This document shows positions 1 to 12,853 of a stretch of 64,000 nucleotides of DNA, one piece after another (position 1 is the first letter of the stretch; every line of letters begins with the position of its first letter). A model generated the notes under the pieces. The model had not been told where the DNA came from and searched no databases. It saw only the letters and a list, made by a program, of their open reading frames with translations. Both the position numbers and the translations under genes were made by a program. This DNA is from Felis catus (Eukaryota): the NCBI RefSeq assembly GCF_018350175.1, contig NC_058368.1, forward strand, positions 232,440,001 to 232,504,000, written 5' to 3'.

Positions 1-239
1 AAGGGGGAGATGCCAAGGAGGGAAAGATTTGGTTTTTCCAAACCCTCAAAGACATGAAGGACTGCTCTCCAGAAGCATTCTAGTTTAGGGCGCAAGATGT
101 CTCCTTATGGCTGATACACTCTAACGATAATCCTGCTGCAGGGAAACAGGTGTGCAAAGGAGAAGTCTTGATTAATGATGGCAGCTTGGAAAGTCATCCA
201 TTGTATCTGTTCAAAGTGGAGCTGAGATGTCTTAAATAA

Positions 240-1420
240 CAACCAGTGGCTAAAACCAGAAAGCAGGAGAACGCTAGTTCACTTCTTGCGATGTCTTCAG
301 CAAATGCCCAGGTGAGCCATAAATTCACCTGGGTCAGAAGAAAGCTTCCCTCTCCTGTATGTTGCTGCTCCTATCGGGCCTTCTGGAAGATGTACTGGGA
401 GGAAACAGAAGGTCTGAATGTTTGGCCGACCTTCTTGCAGTTGCTTTATTGCAACATTCCAGCCTGAGCGCACCGGTTACCTTTATCCCTCACCCCTCGT
501 CCACAGCTCATGTGTGGGGTCCTTGAGATGCCCGTGCTGCCGTCCCAGCTGATGAAAGGGCACCCTTGTCCTGAGAGGGGATTTGGGCAGTGAGGTCCTG
601 AAGGGTGGTGGGTTTACACTCTAGCTTTGAATCATCTTTGGCCCCTGAATTCTTTTTTTTTTTCTTCAACCTGTAATATGCTGCCTGATTGTCTGACCCT
701 TCAGGAAGCTGGCTCCATGAGAACATGGTTGCCTCATGATAAGAGAAAAGGAAGGCATGGATTTTTCTCTACTTAGGACCGAGCATCCATTCCTGGCCCA
801 ATACTGGCTGAAGGGAATATAGACTCCACCTTGAACACGGCATTTTGCCAATAGGGACGCAATGGTCGCTGTGCCCCCCGGTGACTTTGGGTTGTAAATT
901 CAGAGGTCAGTAGCCCCCAGGAGTCTGCACTGCTGTTATGTGTAGGAGGGAAGGGTGGCATCCACAAGGGTGGAGGGGGGGTTCCTTCTGTGCTGCCTGG
1001 GTGCTGGGAAGCATGGGGGAATGCTGGGAAAACCAGACTTGAGGTTACAGGGCTGTCTTCACCGTCCTCCCCCACAGCAGCCCTGCAGTGAAAGTTGTAG
1101 GGAAGCAAGGACTGACTGTGACCTGGGTCCTCAGCCCCTGGGAGAAGAGCAGAGTGGGAATTCATAAATCCTGATTCTCTTCCAGGTGGCTGACATCCCC
1201 TGGAGAGGTGTGATCGTCAGAGGCGTTCGCATGAAGGAGTGGGGACTGGTTGGCTGGGGTGGGGAAGGGCTTCCAGCAGCTGATATGTCTGAACCCGGTA
1301 AGATGGCATTTCCGGGAGTCCCGAAGAAGGGAGAACTGCATCCTGAGTAGGAAAAGGACATGAGGGGACCAGAAGGGAAAGCACACAGCTCAGAGAAGGT
1401 TGAGTAAGCTGACAGCATGG
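240..1420 (-). pseudogene. JMJD1C-like central region remnants
   Basis: 857-965 reads W...SADSWGLLTSEFTTQSHRGAQRPLR vs W...SADGIGLLSHIPVRPSSAEPHRPLK with exact spacing. Downstream in order: VLMEP (710-724; cf. AFMEP), AKDDSKL (~622-642; cf. AKNDLDL), QHTGE (cf. QETGE). Upstream: ILPG (cf. VLPG). Confidence 0.7.
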
Positions 1421-2287
1421 TGTGCTCAGCTAGCTGCTTACCACTAGGGTTAGTCTATCATAGAGGCTCAGGACGTTCCCATCTTCCCAGAGGAAGAGGG
1501 CGTAAGAGTGGTGGTTTCCGGGGCAATGAAAGTAGGAAGGGACATTTTGCATGTGGTTAGGGATTGGTGGCTTGATAAAGAGTGAAGACCTCCATTTCCG
1601 AAGACCTCCTGCACGAGGGGACATAAATCAACTTCAACATTTCGTTATGGCTTGAAAAAGAACACCTACAATTTTCATAAAGGTTTATAATCCAAATAGC
1701 CATTTCGTGTGGTGTAAGTAAAACAGGAAATATGTCCTCCTGCTAAGGTAAAAGTAAGGAAAGGACACAAGTGAGCAAACTCCAGAAATCATAATGAATA
1801 GAAAGCCAGCTGCGGGGCACGAGGGGTAGCCCCTTAGAGAGGATGGGACGTGGTGCTGGGACACGGTGGGCCAAGGAGAGAGGAAAGGCAACTTCAGCCC
1901 AGCTGAAGACAGCGGAGGTCTGAAGGGAGGAGCCACTGAAGGATGTTCACAGGGAGATCCTGCGAGAGGAACAATCAAACATAAGCTTCTCTTACTTGTA
2001 CTTTTCTGTTCTTTATGCATATGCATGTAATATAAATTACACAGTTTAGAGAAAGAGTTTATATATTTTTTTAGTTTCAGAAATGGGCTAAGGATTGAAT
2101 TATCACTTATAAAATGATAAGACTAATGAGGATGACATGTATCAAAATAAAGAACAGGTCAAGAATGGGCTTTAATAAAACCATTATAATCTGCGATATT
2201 ACATTGGCTAAGCCCTGTGCTCAGGGCTTTACCTTAGTATCTCATTCAATGTTTAAAACGTTATTTGGGGCAGAAATTGTCACTCTA

Positions 2288-2473
2288 GGGATGGCTCAGT
2301 TGGGTAAGCATCTGACTCCTGATTTCAGCTCAGACCATGATCCCAAGGTTGTGAGATTGAGCCCACATCACAGAGTGGGATTCTCTCTCTCTCCCTCTCT
2401 TTCTGCCCTTTCCCCACTCATGCACACTCTCTCTCTCTCTCAAAATAAATAAATAAGCATTTATTAAAAAAAA
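2288..2473 (+). mobile_element. CanSINE (older subfamily)
   Basis: tRNA-like head, (CT)n, A-rich tail. Confidence 0.85.
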
Positions 2474-2511
2474 GAAGGAAGTTGTCGCTCTATATTGTAC
2501 AGATAGGGATA

Positions 2512-2513
2512 TT

Positions 2514-2552
<39 letters not shown>

Positions 2553-2757
2553 TTTTCAACGTTTATTTATTTTTGGGACAGAGAGACAGAGCATGAACGG
2601 GGGTGGGGCAGAGAGAGAGGGAGACACAGAATCGGAAACAGGCTCCAGGCTCCGAGCCATCAGCCCAGAGCCTGATGCGGGGCTCAAACTCACGGACCGC
2701 GAGATCGTGACCTGGCTGAAGTCAGACGCTTAACCGACTGCGCCACCCAGGCGCCCC
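2512..2757 (-). mobile_element. SINEC_Fc, young felid subfamily
   Basis: Near-consensus body, (TTTA)n tail, TSD gatagggatatttta at 2502 and 2760. Confidence 0.95.
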
Positions 2758-2769
2758 ATGATAGGGATA

Positions 2770-5650
2770 TTTTAAAAGGTAGAAAATGATATCAAAGACG
2801 TTAAAACAAAGAAATGAAATAAAAACTGAAAACGAAGTGTGAATTGAGAATAAGATTGACAGAGATTAATATTTTTGAACAAATAAATCACTGGTTAATT
2901 TAAGATAACAAAAATTAAAGTATGGATTAAATTTGTAACAAGATGATATCATAGGAAATAGCTATGTAGATTTCTATGCTGATAGAATTAAGAGATTCAA
3001 TGGATAAATGGATAACAGTATAAATAGACGTCTCTTGGATAAAAATATTACCATATTTGGCTCAAGAAGTGGAAGACCTTAAAATACCAGCGCTCATAAA
3101 AGAATTCCTGAAAATTGCCAAAGAATTCATTAAAAAATGTAGTAAGAACCTTCTCTTCTAAATGGTATGTAGTAAATGGTGACAACCTCCCCCTCCCAAC
3201 TGCCTAAACCAGAGAAAAGTCAAATTTTTTAAGATGAAAGAGGTTCAGAGAGAAGAGTAGTTAAACTAACATTCTCTATGGAGAAGACCCCCCCCCCGCC
3301 CCCACTTAGTGGACTGAGATACTGGACATTATCTTCCTGGGGGCATTTGCCAATTTTTGGAGGGATTCATCATGGCGCTTGGCTCAGAGCACAGGATTCT
3401 GCGAGAAAAAGAAACCGGCAGAGTCTGCAAGGCTGTGTGGGCTGCTGGGGTCTGCGAGGAGGCTGCTTTGCTCCAGGGAGCATTTGCTGAGCGTTGGGCT
3501 GGTGAGGGAAGGTAGGGGGAAGGGCTGCATTGTTTCCAGGACCAGGAGACAAAGTCCCTCCAGAGGGAGGCTCCTGCAGCAAACGTGAGAGCAGAGCTTA
3601 TGGTATAGGGATAGTAGAAACCAGACAAGGACTGAGTATTTCTAAAGCTACTACTGGCTCAGACCAACTTCAGGTCTTGACTGAACTGAGGTCAGCCCCT
3701 CATCATAGCTGCCTAATAGGAGAGGGATAATCTTCTCTGGGGACAAAGCAAAACCAAAACAGAACACATAAATCCTAGCGTCCACTGTCTTCTGTCTAGT
3801 GAATTCACCAAACATCCCGAATTGTTATTCATTACCATTGATTCCCCCCACATAGATCTATGGACTCAAAATCACAGTGGGAATGGTCGATGTTGCTGCT
3901 GCTGTTTTTGTTGTTGAAACTCTCAAGTCCGTTCTAAATTTTCCGTGGAACTGCAAAGGATCTAGAAGACAAAACCACCTTGTATAAGAACCACCAGATT
4001 CCAAGTCTTATGATACAGCTGTAAGGGATGTTTGATGAAATTTAGCCTCATTCTTGATTTAAAAATCTTAGCAAATAAGGTAGAAATAAAAATGAAATTC
4101 TATTGCTTGACAAATTCAGCTATTAAAGACCTACAGCAAACGTAGTACTGTGTGGAGATACTTTACTCGCCATTCCATTAAGCAGAGAAGCAAGCCAAGA
4201 CACCTGCTATCCCCTCATTATCCAATGGATGTTCAGTGCATATGTGGTAATGCACAAGAGGCTCTTTTCAATACAAGGAGATGGGGGGGGGGAGTATAAG
4301 TCTTACAGGGGTTGCAAAAAAAGAAACAAAATTTTACTATAGATATGATAGTGTACATCGACCATCTACTAGGAAGGTACTGGATCAATCAGCTTAGAAT
4401 AAATTAGGGCACAGAATGCCCAAATCTCAGAACTTTAATACCAGAAGGCTTCTTTCGTGCTGATTCAGTGCCCATTGTTAAGTCTGATTTTGTCTCCAGG
4501 TCAACTACCCTAGATACCCCTTTTTCTACCAACATTCCAAGCTGGAGAATGGAGAATGCACTCCCAGTAGCTGCCATGTGTAACATGAGACATCCTCAGT
4601 TGCTGTGAGTTTGTTGTAGGGTCCTGGGAAAAGGGATACTGGTTCTTAAATGCTGCCATCTAGAAATGACACACATCGCTTTCGCTTACACCTCAGTGAT
4701 CCAATCAAGACATATATCCACAGCTAACTTCCAGGCGGGGTAGTTTAATCCTTCCACGTGTCTGGAGAAGAAAATGAGAGTATGGGTAAGAAGTAGAAAT
4801 GTCTATCGCAGTCACTGAGGAATAAGAAAATTTAAAAAGGTAGAAATAACATCTGGAGAAAATTGTGAAATGTTATTTTTTAAAAAACGAAAGAAGAGTA
4901 ATGCAATGGAGAGATGTGGGAATAATCCAAATAAGACATTAATTTTATCTGACATAATATATAAATTTAATAAGTTCCTAGGGAAAAATAAAAGTGATTT
5001 TGAGAAAAGTGACTATCCAGGTGGGGAAATATTCTAAATGCATTTTAGACAGGCTAAAGACTTAAATGTGAAAGCAACATTTTAAAATGCTAAAAATATA
5101 CGTAAACTATCTTTATGACCTTGTAATATGGAATATTTTTTGTACAGGAAACAAAAGGCATGAACCATAAAGGAAAAAATTGCATTAAAATGTGGAAAAT
5201 GACTTCTATATGATATTAAACTTTAGCAAAAGTCAAACAAAGATTAGAAAAAATATTTGTAATACTTATTGCAAAGGATTTGTATTCAGGATATATAGAG
5301 GTACCTTACACATTAATAAAAGAAAACAAATCTTAGAAAACAGTGTCAAAGGATCTAAACAATCGAAGCAGAGCACAAAAACATTAATAGACACATGAGA
5401 TGATTCTCAGTTGCATTAATAATTAGAGAAAGCAGAATCAGCATTATAGCTTAATTTTAGGATGTATCTCAATAAGAAATAAGAATGATTATTTCCTATT
5501 AGCAGTTTGATAAATACGTATAAACACCTTGGAGAATTATGTAGCACCATCAAACATACATGAAATAAAAGGAGAGGATGTATTTGTTCCATGGCCCCAC
5601 AATTCCACTTTTATCTGGAGAATGAAGATAAACTACATCATACACCTACA
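2770..5650 (+). mobile_element. Fragmented old L1 (L1M-type ORF2/3' pieces) with an interspersed MaLR LTR at ~4350-4810
   Basis: A-rich L1-like stretches (e.g. ttaaatgtgaaagc...tctttatgaccttg); MLT1-like motif at 4660-4780. Confidence 0.55.
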
Positions 5651-6617
5651 AGGATTTATGCACAGGCATGCTAATTGCTTTAATTCCATTAAGGAAGTAT
5701 TATAATTTTGTTGATGGCAATAACAATATGCATTCTTTTCTGTTAGAGAGTCCACTGCGGAGAATTTAAGGGTAAAATGTTATCATGTTTGGGGTTTTTT
5801 ATTAAAATACTCCAAAAGACTACAGAGTATGGCAAGTTAGAGGTTACCGATAAAACAAGAGGGTCTAAATAATAATTTCTAGCTCAGGAATAGTCAAAAC
5901 CTGTATGTGTGTGCATGCATATGTGTATGTGAATATATATGAGTGCATGTCTGTGTATTTCACTCTTTTGGTTAAAATATATGTGTGTAACTATGTGTGT
6001 GTGTACATATGTATATATGCATGCATTTTTTAATATATTTGCGGGTGTCTTCACCAACATTCACAATGCATGTATGTTATCTGTCTATCTGTCATCCATC
6101 TGAATGTTTTACTGAAGAAAAGATAAAATGTATTAGTGGAAGGATTGCATTAAATTACCATTATAAATATATTGCTAGTGGGAGAGTAAATTCCTGTAAT
6201 TTTTCTAAGATATTATTTGACAGTAATTAAGAATTTAAAGACCATTATTATCTTCAATTTACTAGTCCTACTTTATGCATTTGTGATGTGGGATTAATTA
6301 AGTCATGTCAAATATTTATGCAAAATATTTCATTATACTACTATTAATAGATTAAAGATAAAATAGGTTACTCTTCATTAGAACAAGGTTGACATTAATT
6401 ATGCTATAGTAGACACTGAAATGCCTCTTTGGTGACATAAGAAGATTTACATAAATAGAAAGACACATTATGCTCTTGAAAAGGACACTTCAACAATCTG
6501 AATATGTCTATCGCTCTGAATGATATCATATGATTAATACAATTTCCCCCCAAATCTAAGAGAATATCGTTAAAAGGGACTATTCTAAAATTGTAATGCA
6601 TACATACATATACTAGC

Positions 6618-6965
6618 TGTGGTATCAGTCGGGATAAACCAATTTTGCGACAGTAACGAGTGACACCCACACCTCATTGATTGAAATATCAAATGTTTAT
6701 TTTCCCTCAGATCCTCATAGATCTTTGCTTCTCATGGTTGTCATTTTCATGCCAAACTCAGCCTGATGACACTTGTGCTTTCTGGAACACTGATGGACGT
6801 CAAGGCAGAGAGAGAACAGAGCACATGATGAAGGATGCATCGCCTCATAGATCGATGCCCGGAAGTGTAACTTGTCGCTTTCACATTTCATTGGCCAAAG
6901 ACAGGTTGCCCTGTGTGAGTTCAGGAAATCGGGGAAATAAAATTCTACTGAGGGAGGACAGTGAC
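6618..6965. mobile_element. MaLR LTR (MLT1I/J-like)
   Basis: Motif tcacatttcattggccaaag and MLT1-like termini. Confidence 0.6.
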
Positions 6966-7052
6966 TACTGTTTTATTCTGCCAAAAGATAGAGGAACTAA
7001 GTCTTCTAGATAGAAAAATATAGATCAATTTATGATATTTAAGCGAAAATTG

Positions 7053-7265
7053 AGTCACCTGGGTGGCTCAGGCAGTTAAGTGACTGACTCTTGATTGCGG
7101 CTCAGGTCACGATCTCACGGTTTGTGGGTTTGAGCCCTGCAAGGAGCTCCATGATGAGCGTGGAGCCTGCTTGGGATTCTCTCTCCCTCTCTCTCTGCCC
7201 CTTCCCTGCTCGCATACACTCTCTCTCTCTCCCTCTCTCAATATAAATAAGTAAACTCAAAAAAA
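7053..7265 (+). mobile_element. CanSINE
   Basis: cacctgggtggctcag head, (CT)n, A tail. Confidence 0.9.
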
Positions 7266-7339
7266 GAGTCAGCTTCTGACCCTCAGTTAAAGAAAAAAGC
7301 AAAATATCCCAGAAATACGTGCATGCATACTGTTCCCTA

Positions 7340-7800
7340 ACAACATCTATATTTATATAGGTATAAAATAAATATAAATAATTATATACATCAAATATAG
7401 AAAATATTAAATATATAAGATATATAGATATCATACATTCATGTTTTATTTCTAATACGTATCTTATGTGTCACATCAACTATGTACAATACAATGTACC
7501 TATGTACCTATGTACAATGTACCTATGTATAAGGTAACTATGTACAATACAATAATGTACACATTATGTACAACACATAACAAGTGTATGTTATAATATA
7601 TAATACATGGTATATATATATTATATTAATTTATATGTATACACCATATATTATACACTGCATCTATAAATATGTATTGTCTATACACTTACATATTTTA
7701 AAAGTAATTGAATATATAAAATATGATATATTATTTCTATATTTTATATTTATATATGCAATATAATATATATTTATTACATATTATAGTATCTATGTAG
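7340..7800. repeat. AT-rich low-complexity / degenerate tandem repeat
   Basis: TA-rich, with repeated tatgtac(a/c) units at 7480-7570. Confidence 0.8.
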
Positions 7801-7804
7801 CATA

Positions 7805-8131
7805 TAGTTGGCTCTTGAATGATGCAGGGGTCAGGGATGCCAACCCCTGTGCAGCAGAAAATACATGTATACCTTTTGGTTCCCTAAAAACTTAACTATT
7901 AATAGCCTACTGTTGACTGAAGGCTCTACTGATAATGTAAGCAGTCTGTTAACACATATTTTGTAGGTTACATGTGTTATGTATTGTATTCTTACAATAA
8001 AGTAGGCTAGAAAGAAATGATTGAGAAAATCAAAGAAAATACATTTATAGTATTGTACTGTATTTATTTTAAAAATCCATGTATAAGTGGATCTATGCAG
8101 TTAAAACTCCTGTTGCTCAAGGGTCACCTGT
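7805..8131 (+). mobile_element. Tigger2a/MER28-like non-autonomous DNA transposon
   Basis: Degenerate TIRs (tagttggctcttgaa ... tcaagggtcacctg) with TA flanks; internal aaaacttaactattaatagcctactgttgac. Confidence 0.85.
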
Positions 8132-8289
8132 ATATATAATATATAAATAATGTATATAAAGTAATATATATATATAATATTTATATATGTGATATGTAAT
8201 TTTTATGTTAAATATTTGTTATGATATTTAATACATTGAAGTAAATAAACTTTTAGATATAAAATATTAAAATATAAATTTAAATACAG

Positions 8290-8946
8290 ACATTTTCCAG
8301 TTTGAAGAAAAAAGAGAAGTAGATTGAAAAAGAGTGATCAGATCCTCAGGAAGTTGTAGATGCTATCCATATAATTGTCCCTCAGAAGAGCATAAAATTG
8401 GAACACAAAAAAATATTTGAAGAAATCATAGTTAAAACGTTTAAAGATTTGATGAAAAAATTTACTTATGTGGGCAAGAATCTCAGTGAGACTCAAGCAA
8501 AATAAATATCAGAAGGACTGGACCGAGATGCACCATAACCCAAATGCTTTAAACCAAAGGTAAAGAAAAACAAACAAACAAACAAAAAAACCCCCAAAAA
8601 ACAAAGAAAGACCTTGAGTGCTGCCAGAGAAGAAAAGCCACATTATGCACAGGCATGCAAGGATAAAAATAACTGCTGATTTCACAGATGATAACAGAAA
8701 TACACTTTTTTTAGTACTAGATGTTAAAAACTAAGTTTGTGTGCCAAAAATATCCTCTGAAAATGAGGAAGAAATCAAGATCTGTTCAGGTTAACAAAGG
8801 GGGGAACAATTTGCTGCCAGCAGGTCTGCCCCAGGAAATGCTAATGGCGGACACTGGGCTGCAGGACCGGAGGCCAGTTGGAAGGATGGATCTAGAGGCA
8901 GCTGTGAGGAGCGCCATAAATGGGGAATGATGATTAACTGTAAAAG
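8290..8946 (+). mobile_element. Old L1 ORF1 fragment
   Basis: aaaaatatttgaagaaatcatag, caagaatctcag...caagcaaaataaat and ccaggaaatgctaa motifs. Confidence 0.7.
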
Positions 8947-9487
8947 GTGTGCCCTTTCTTCTTGGATTTAACTAAAAAAATCTGACTTTTAAAAGAATAA
9001 ATAACACTAGAAAGTAGGTTTTCAGACATTCATAGGTAAAGGGTCCTATGAGGCGGATACTGGATTACCCCTCAGTTGCAGAAGAACAGAACAATGCACC
9101 TCAAGGATTAAATGGCTCACCTAAAATCCCACAGCAAGTAAGTAGACTCAAGACCAGAATCTGACCTGCCACCTTATACTATCTCTTCCTATTATCACCA
9201 CTCTGTCAGCAATGATTTAGAGCAAATGTGTAATTTATAGCAATTGTAGAATTAAATCCTCACGTCCTGTTCATGTGATGAGCATAGAACTGTCAAAATA
9301 TTGAATGCCATTAAAGGCATTTAGTATAGTATTTGGTTATATTTTACACAGCATTCATTATCCAAGGAAATACAAACTAGTAATTTTTAATTAAATGCTA
9401 GAAGAAAGAGCACAGTTAATCATCTTTTACAGTTAATCATTTACAGTTAATCTTTTACAGTTAATCCTTTCTAATTTTACAGTTATT

Positions 9488-9609
9488 CTTTTACAGTTAA
9501 TCATTTCCCATTCATGGCGCTCCTCACGGCTGCCTCTAGATCCAACCTGCCAACGGGCCTCCCGTCCTTCCTTCAGCCCAAATGTCTGCCATTAGCATTT
9601 CCTGGGGCA
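9488..9609 (-). repeat. Inverted copy of 8827-8946, preceded by a short tandem array (9412-9503)
   Basis: Reverse complement aligns to 8827-8946 with few mismatches; six acagtta cores adjacent. Confidence 0.9.
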
Positions 9610-10341
9610 TTTTTCTTCTGTTTCACTAACCGTTTTCAATCCTTCGGAATGCTTCAAAATTCACTCAGATTTCACTATAATATCTGTTCCAACTTGAATT
9701 TCATCCTTAGAAACCACTCAAGCACAGAAAATTCTATAACCCATGGAAGACTTTGATGTGAAATATTTATCTACTTTTGTAAATCGTATTCAGTGACTTC
9801 TCACAATAACTCATTTGGACCAAAGGAGCAGTAAAGGGAACATTTGCTCTCTTATAAATATATAATCAGCAGTTTTATGGCAGAAGGTGACCAATTTATA
9901 TTATAATAAAAATAGAAAACGATCCTTCAATTTATAATATCTATATCCAAAGAAGAGCTTAAAAGTATTCCATAAATCCAAGTCCTTAGACATTTTTTTT
10001 TCTAAGTATAGATTTGAAAATGGAACCTCTTTAGATCGAAGGCACAATGTGCAAGATTGGACACAGAGCTCCAATATGCCTCACACCATTTCCCTTGTCA
10101 TTAACTTCTTACATTAGCGTGGTGCATTTGTTGCAATTAAGAGACAAAGTGCCTTTTTCATCACATCCTATCACAGGTGTAGACTATCGCCGTGACTAAT
10201 CGCTATTGGTGTGAATTTTGATCGACTGGCCGGGATAGTGCTTGTTAGCTCTCTACACTCTGAAGTTACTCTTTTTTCCTTTTTCAAAATTGTACTCCTA
10301 AGAAGGCAGACGCTACATGCAGCCCACAGTGAAAGCATGTG

Positions 10342-10810
10342 AGGTGCCTGGGTGGCTCAATCGGTTAAGTGTCTGATTTCGGCTCAGGTCCTGATCTCAC
10401 AGCTCATGAATTCGAGCCTGGCGTAGGCTCTGTGCTGACCGTGCAGAGCCTGGAGCCTGCTTCAGATTCTGTGCTGCCCTCTGTCTCTCTGCCCCTCCCC
10501 TGCTCATGCTCTGTCTCTCTCCCTCTGAAAAAAATAAATAAATAAAGCACTGCATACAGTAGAGTTTGTCTTCTGGGGTGCGTGGTTGGCTCAGTCAGTC
10601 AAGCCTCTGACTCTTGACTTTGGCTCAGGTCACGATCTCATGGTTCATGAGTTTGAGCCCCGCTTTGGGCTCTGTGCTGACAGCTCAGACAGAGCCTGGA
10701 GCCTGCTTTCAATTCTGTATCTCCTTCTCTCTCTCTGCCCCTCCCCTGTCCGTGCTCTCCCTCTTCTCTCTCTCTCTCTCAAAAATAAATATTTAAAAAA
10801 TTAAAAAAAA
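10342..10810 (+). mobile_element. Two tandem CanSINEs (10342-10546, 10575-10810)
   Basis: Two SINE heads, (CT)n and A tails. Confidence 0.9.
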
Positions 10811-10984
10811 TGCATGCAAAAATACACTCCACCTCCTCAAGAGGAGGAGATTGGTCTTTTGCGATCTTAAGCATTCCTGGAGACTGAGGAAGATGTCAGG
10901 TAAAATCAAATAAACAACAACTATATATATACACATATATATGTATGTTTGTACGTATATATATTTATTCTTTCATATGTATAT

Positions 10985-12020
10985 AAAAGGATAAAGATTA
11001 CTTCATCCAATTTAAGAACTTTTGGTTTTTGAAAGGCAATATTAAAAGAATGAAGACAGACACTGCAGATTGAAAAGAAGTATTTGCAAGACACATATTT
11101 GATACAGTGCTTGTATCCAGAAAATATAAAGAACTCTCGAAATTCAACAGTAAGGAAACAAACAACCAATGAAATGGGAAAAGGAATTCAAAAGATACGT
11201 CACAAAGGAAGATAGATAAATGGATAGCCAGTATGCACTTGAAAAATTCTCAACCTCATTAGTGATTAGGGAAATGAAAATTAAAACCATAGTGAAATAC
11301 ACTACGCACCCATTTGAATGGCTAAAAGTAAAAAGACGCCCTATCAAAAATGTAGTTGATGATGCAGAGTAACTGAAACTCTCATGCACTCCTGAGGAGC
11401 ATATAAAATGCCACAATCACTTTCGAGGACAGTTTAGCAACGTCTTACCTGTTAAACATTCCCCTGTCACAGGACCTAGCCATTGCACTCCTAAGTATTT
11501 AGACAACGTAAGCGAAAGCTGACGTTCAGGCAGAGACTTCTATGCTACGCTCATCAAAGCTTTATTTTCAATAGTTAAAAACTGGAAACAATCCAGATGT
11601 TTGGATGAACAGGTGAACGGATAAACAAACTTTGGAATATCCATATCATGAAAAATTTGCTCCACGGTCAAAAAGAATGAACTGCTGTATTGATACACAC
11701 AACAACATTGATAAGTAATAAAATACGCTGAGTGAAAGAAGGGTGTCCTCTGTGTGTGTGTCTATCTGTCTATCCATCCATCCATCCATCACTATCTATC
11801 TACATATAATTTCAGAAAATTCAAAACCTAGGTCAGTGTTTGCCCGGTTATCAGAGTGCTGAAGAGAGGAAGGAGTTACAGAAGGGCATGAGGACTGTTA
11901 AACGTTGGTGTATATCTTCACTCTCTTGATTGTGGTGATAGTTTTATGTTTATGCACCTGTTTCAGTTTTGGTATATGTGGTCTACAGTATATCAGTTAT
12001 ACCTCGATAACATTTAAAAA
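10985..12020 (+). mobile_element. Old L1 3' region (L1MC/ME-like)
   Basis: tcaacctcattagtgattagggaaatgaaaattaaaacca, ggataaacaaac and cttgattgtggtgat motifs. Confidence 0.85.
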
Positions 12021-12623
12021 AACATATATAGTTCATAATGCATAAATAAGTCGTCTTTATTTAATTGTTTACTGTAATTTAACTTTGGTATATCAAAATA
12101 TCTCTGTGATGAGTTCCTAATCCAACCCATAGTTGGAGCATCAATGCTTGAGTTGCTTGCAAATGTTTTTGTTGGTTTTCCCCTATCTCTCTAGTGTTTA
12201 ACCTTTAATTAGGCTTAATTTATAATGGGTAACTAATTGTTCAAAGTAGTATCCTGCTGAGTAAAACATGATGTTTAATCCAGTGGAGCCTGCAGATGTT
12301 ACACTTTGCTTTGTCATCACTCTTGATAATTGCATATTGTTAGCAGTTATTTATTAAAGAACAAGCCTTTATCTAGAGTCTTTGGTTACAACGACTTGTT
12401 TAGTGGCGACTCAAAGCTTAAATTCCCACCCTATTTAGAAAGGAAATCCAAATCCATACGTGAAATTCCATGAAAGAACCTGCCCATTTTGTAATATTTC
12501 ATACATTCCGTGACAAATATTTCTACTCCCATACCTTAACATTGGTCATGAGCAATGGAAAACCCAGTAAATGAAAATGATTTGGGGATTGAAAGCATGA
12601 TAACGACTGATTCTTAAAACTTT

Positions 12624-12655
12624 CTTTTTAAAAAATTTTTTAATGTTTATTTATT

Positions 12656-12696
<41 letters not shown>

Positions 12697-12853
12697 AGGG
12701 GAGGGGAAGGGGGGGGGGACACAGAATCTGAAGCAGGATCCAGGGTCTGAACTGTCAGCACAGAGCCTGACACGGGGATCGAACCCACAAACTGTGAGAT
12801 TATGACCTGAGCTGAAGTCTGATGCTTAACCAACTGGGCCACCCAGGTGCTCC
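12624..12853 (-). mobile_element. CanSINE
   Basis: Reverse-complement SINE with (GA)n. Confidence 0.9.

Noticed and set aside
330..440. C..K..F...HTGE pattern suggesting a C2H2 zinc finger
   Set aside because: Cys/His spacing is wrong; better explained as the JMJD1C QETGE-like motif or chance.
2482..2733. Recurrent ORFs containing ETGSRLRAISPEPDAG or SVLTAQSLEPA (also ~32.1, 40.9, 41.2, 52.9, 54.6, 55.8 and 59.9 kb)
   Set aside because: Translations of CanSINE bodies, not a gene family.
12280..12340. Minus-strand DDKAKCNIC resembling a BED finger
   Set aside because: Nine residues only, with no further motif or transposon context.
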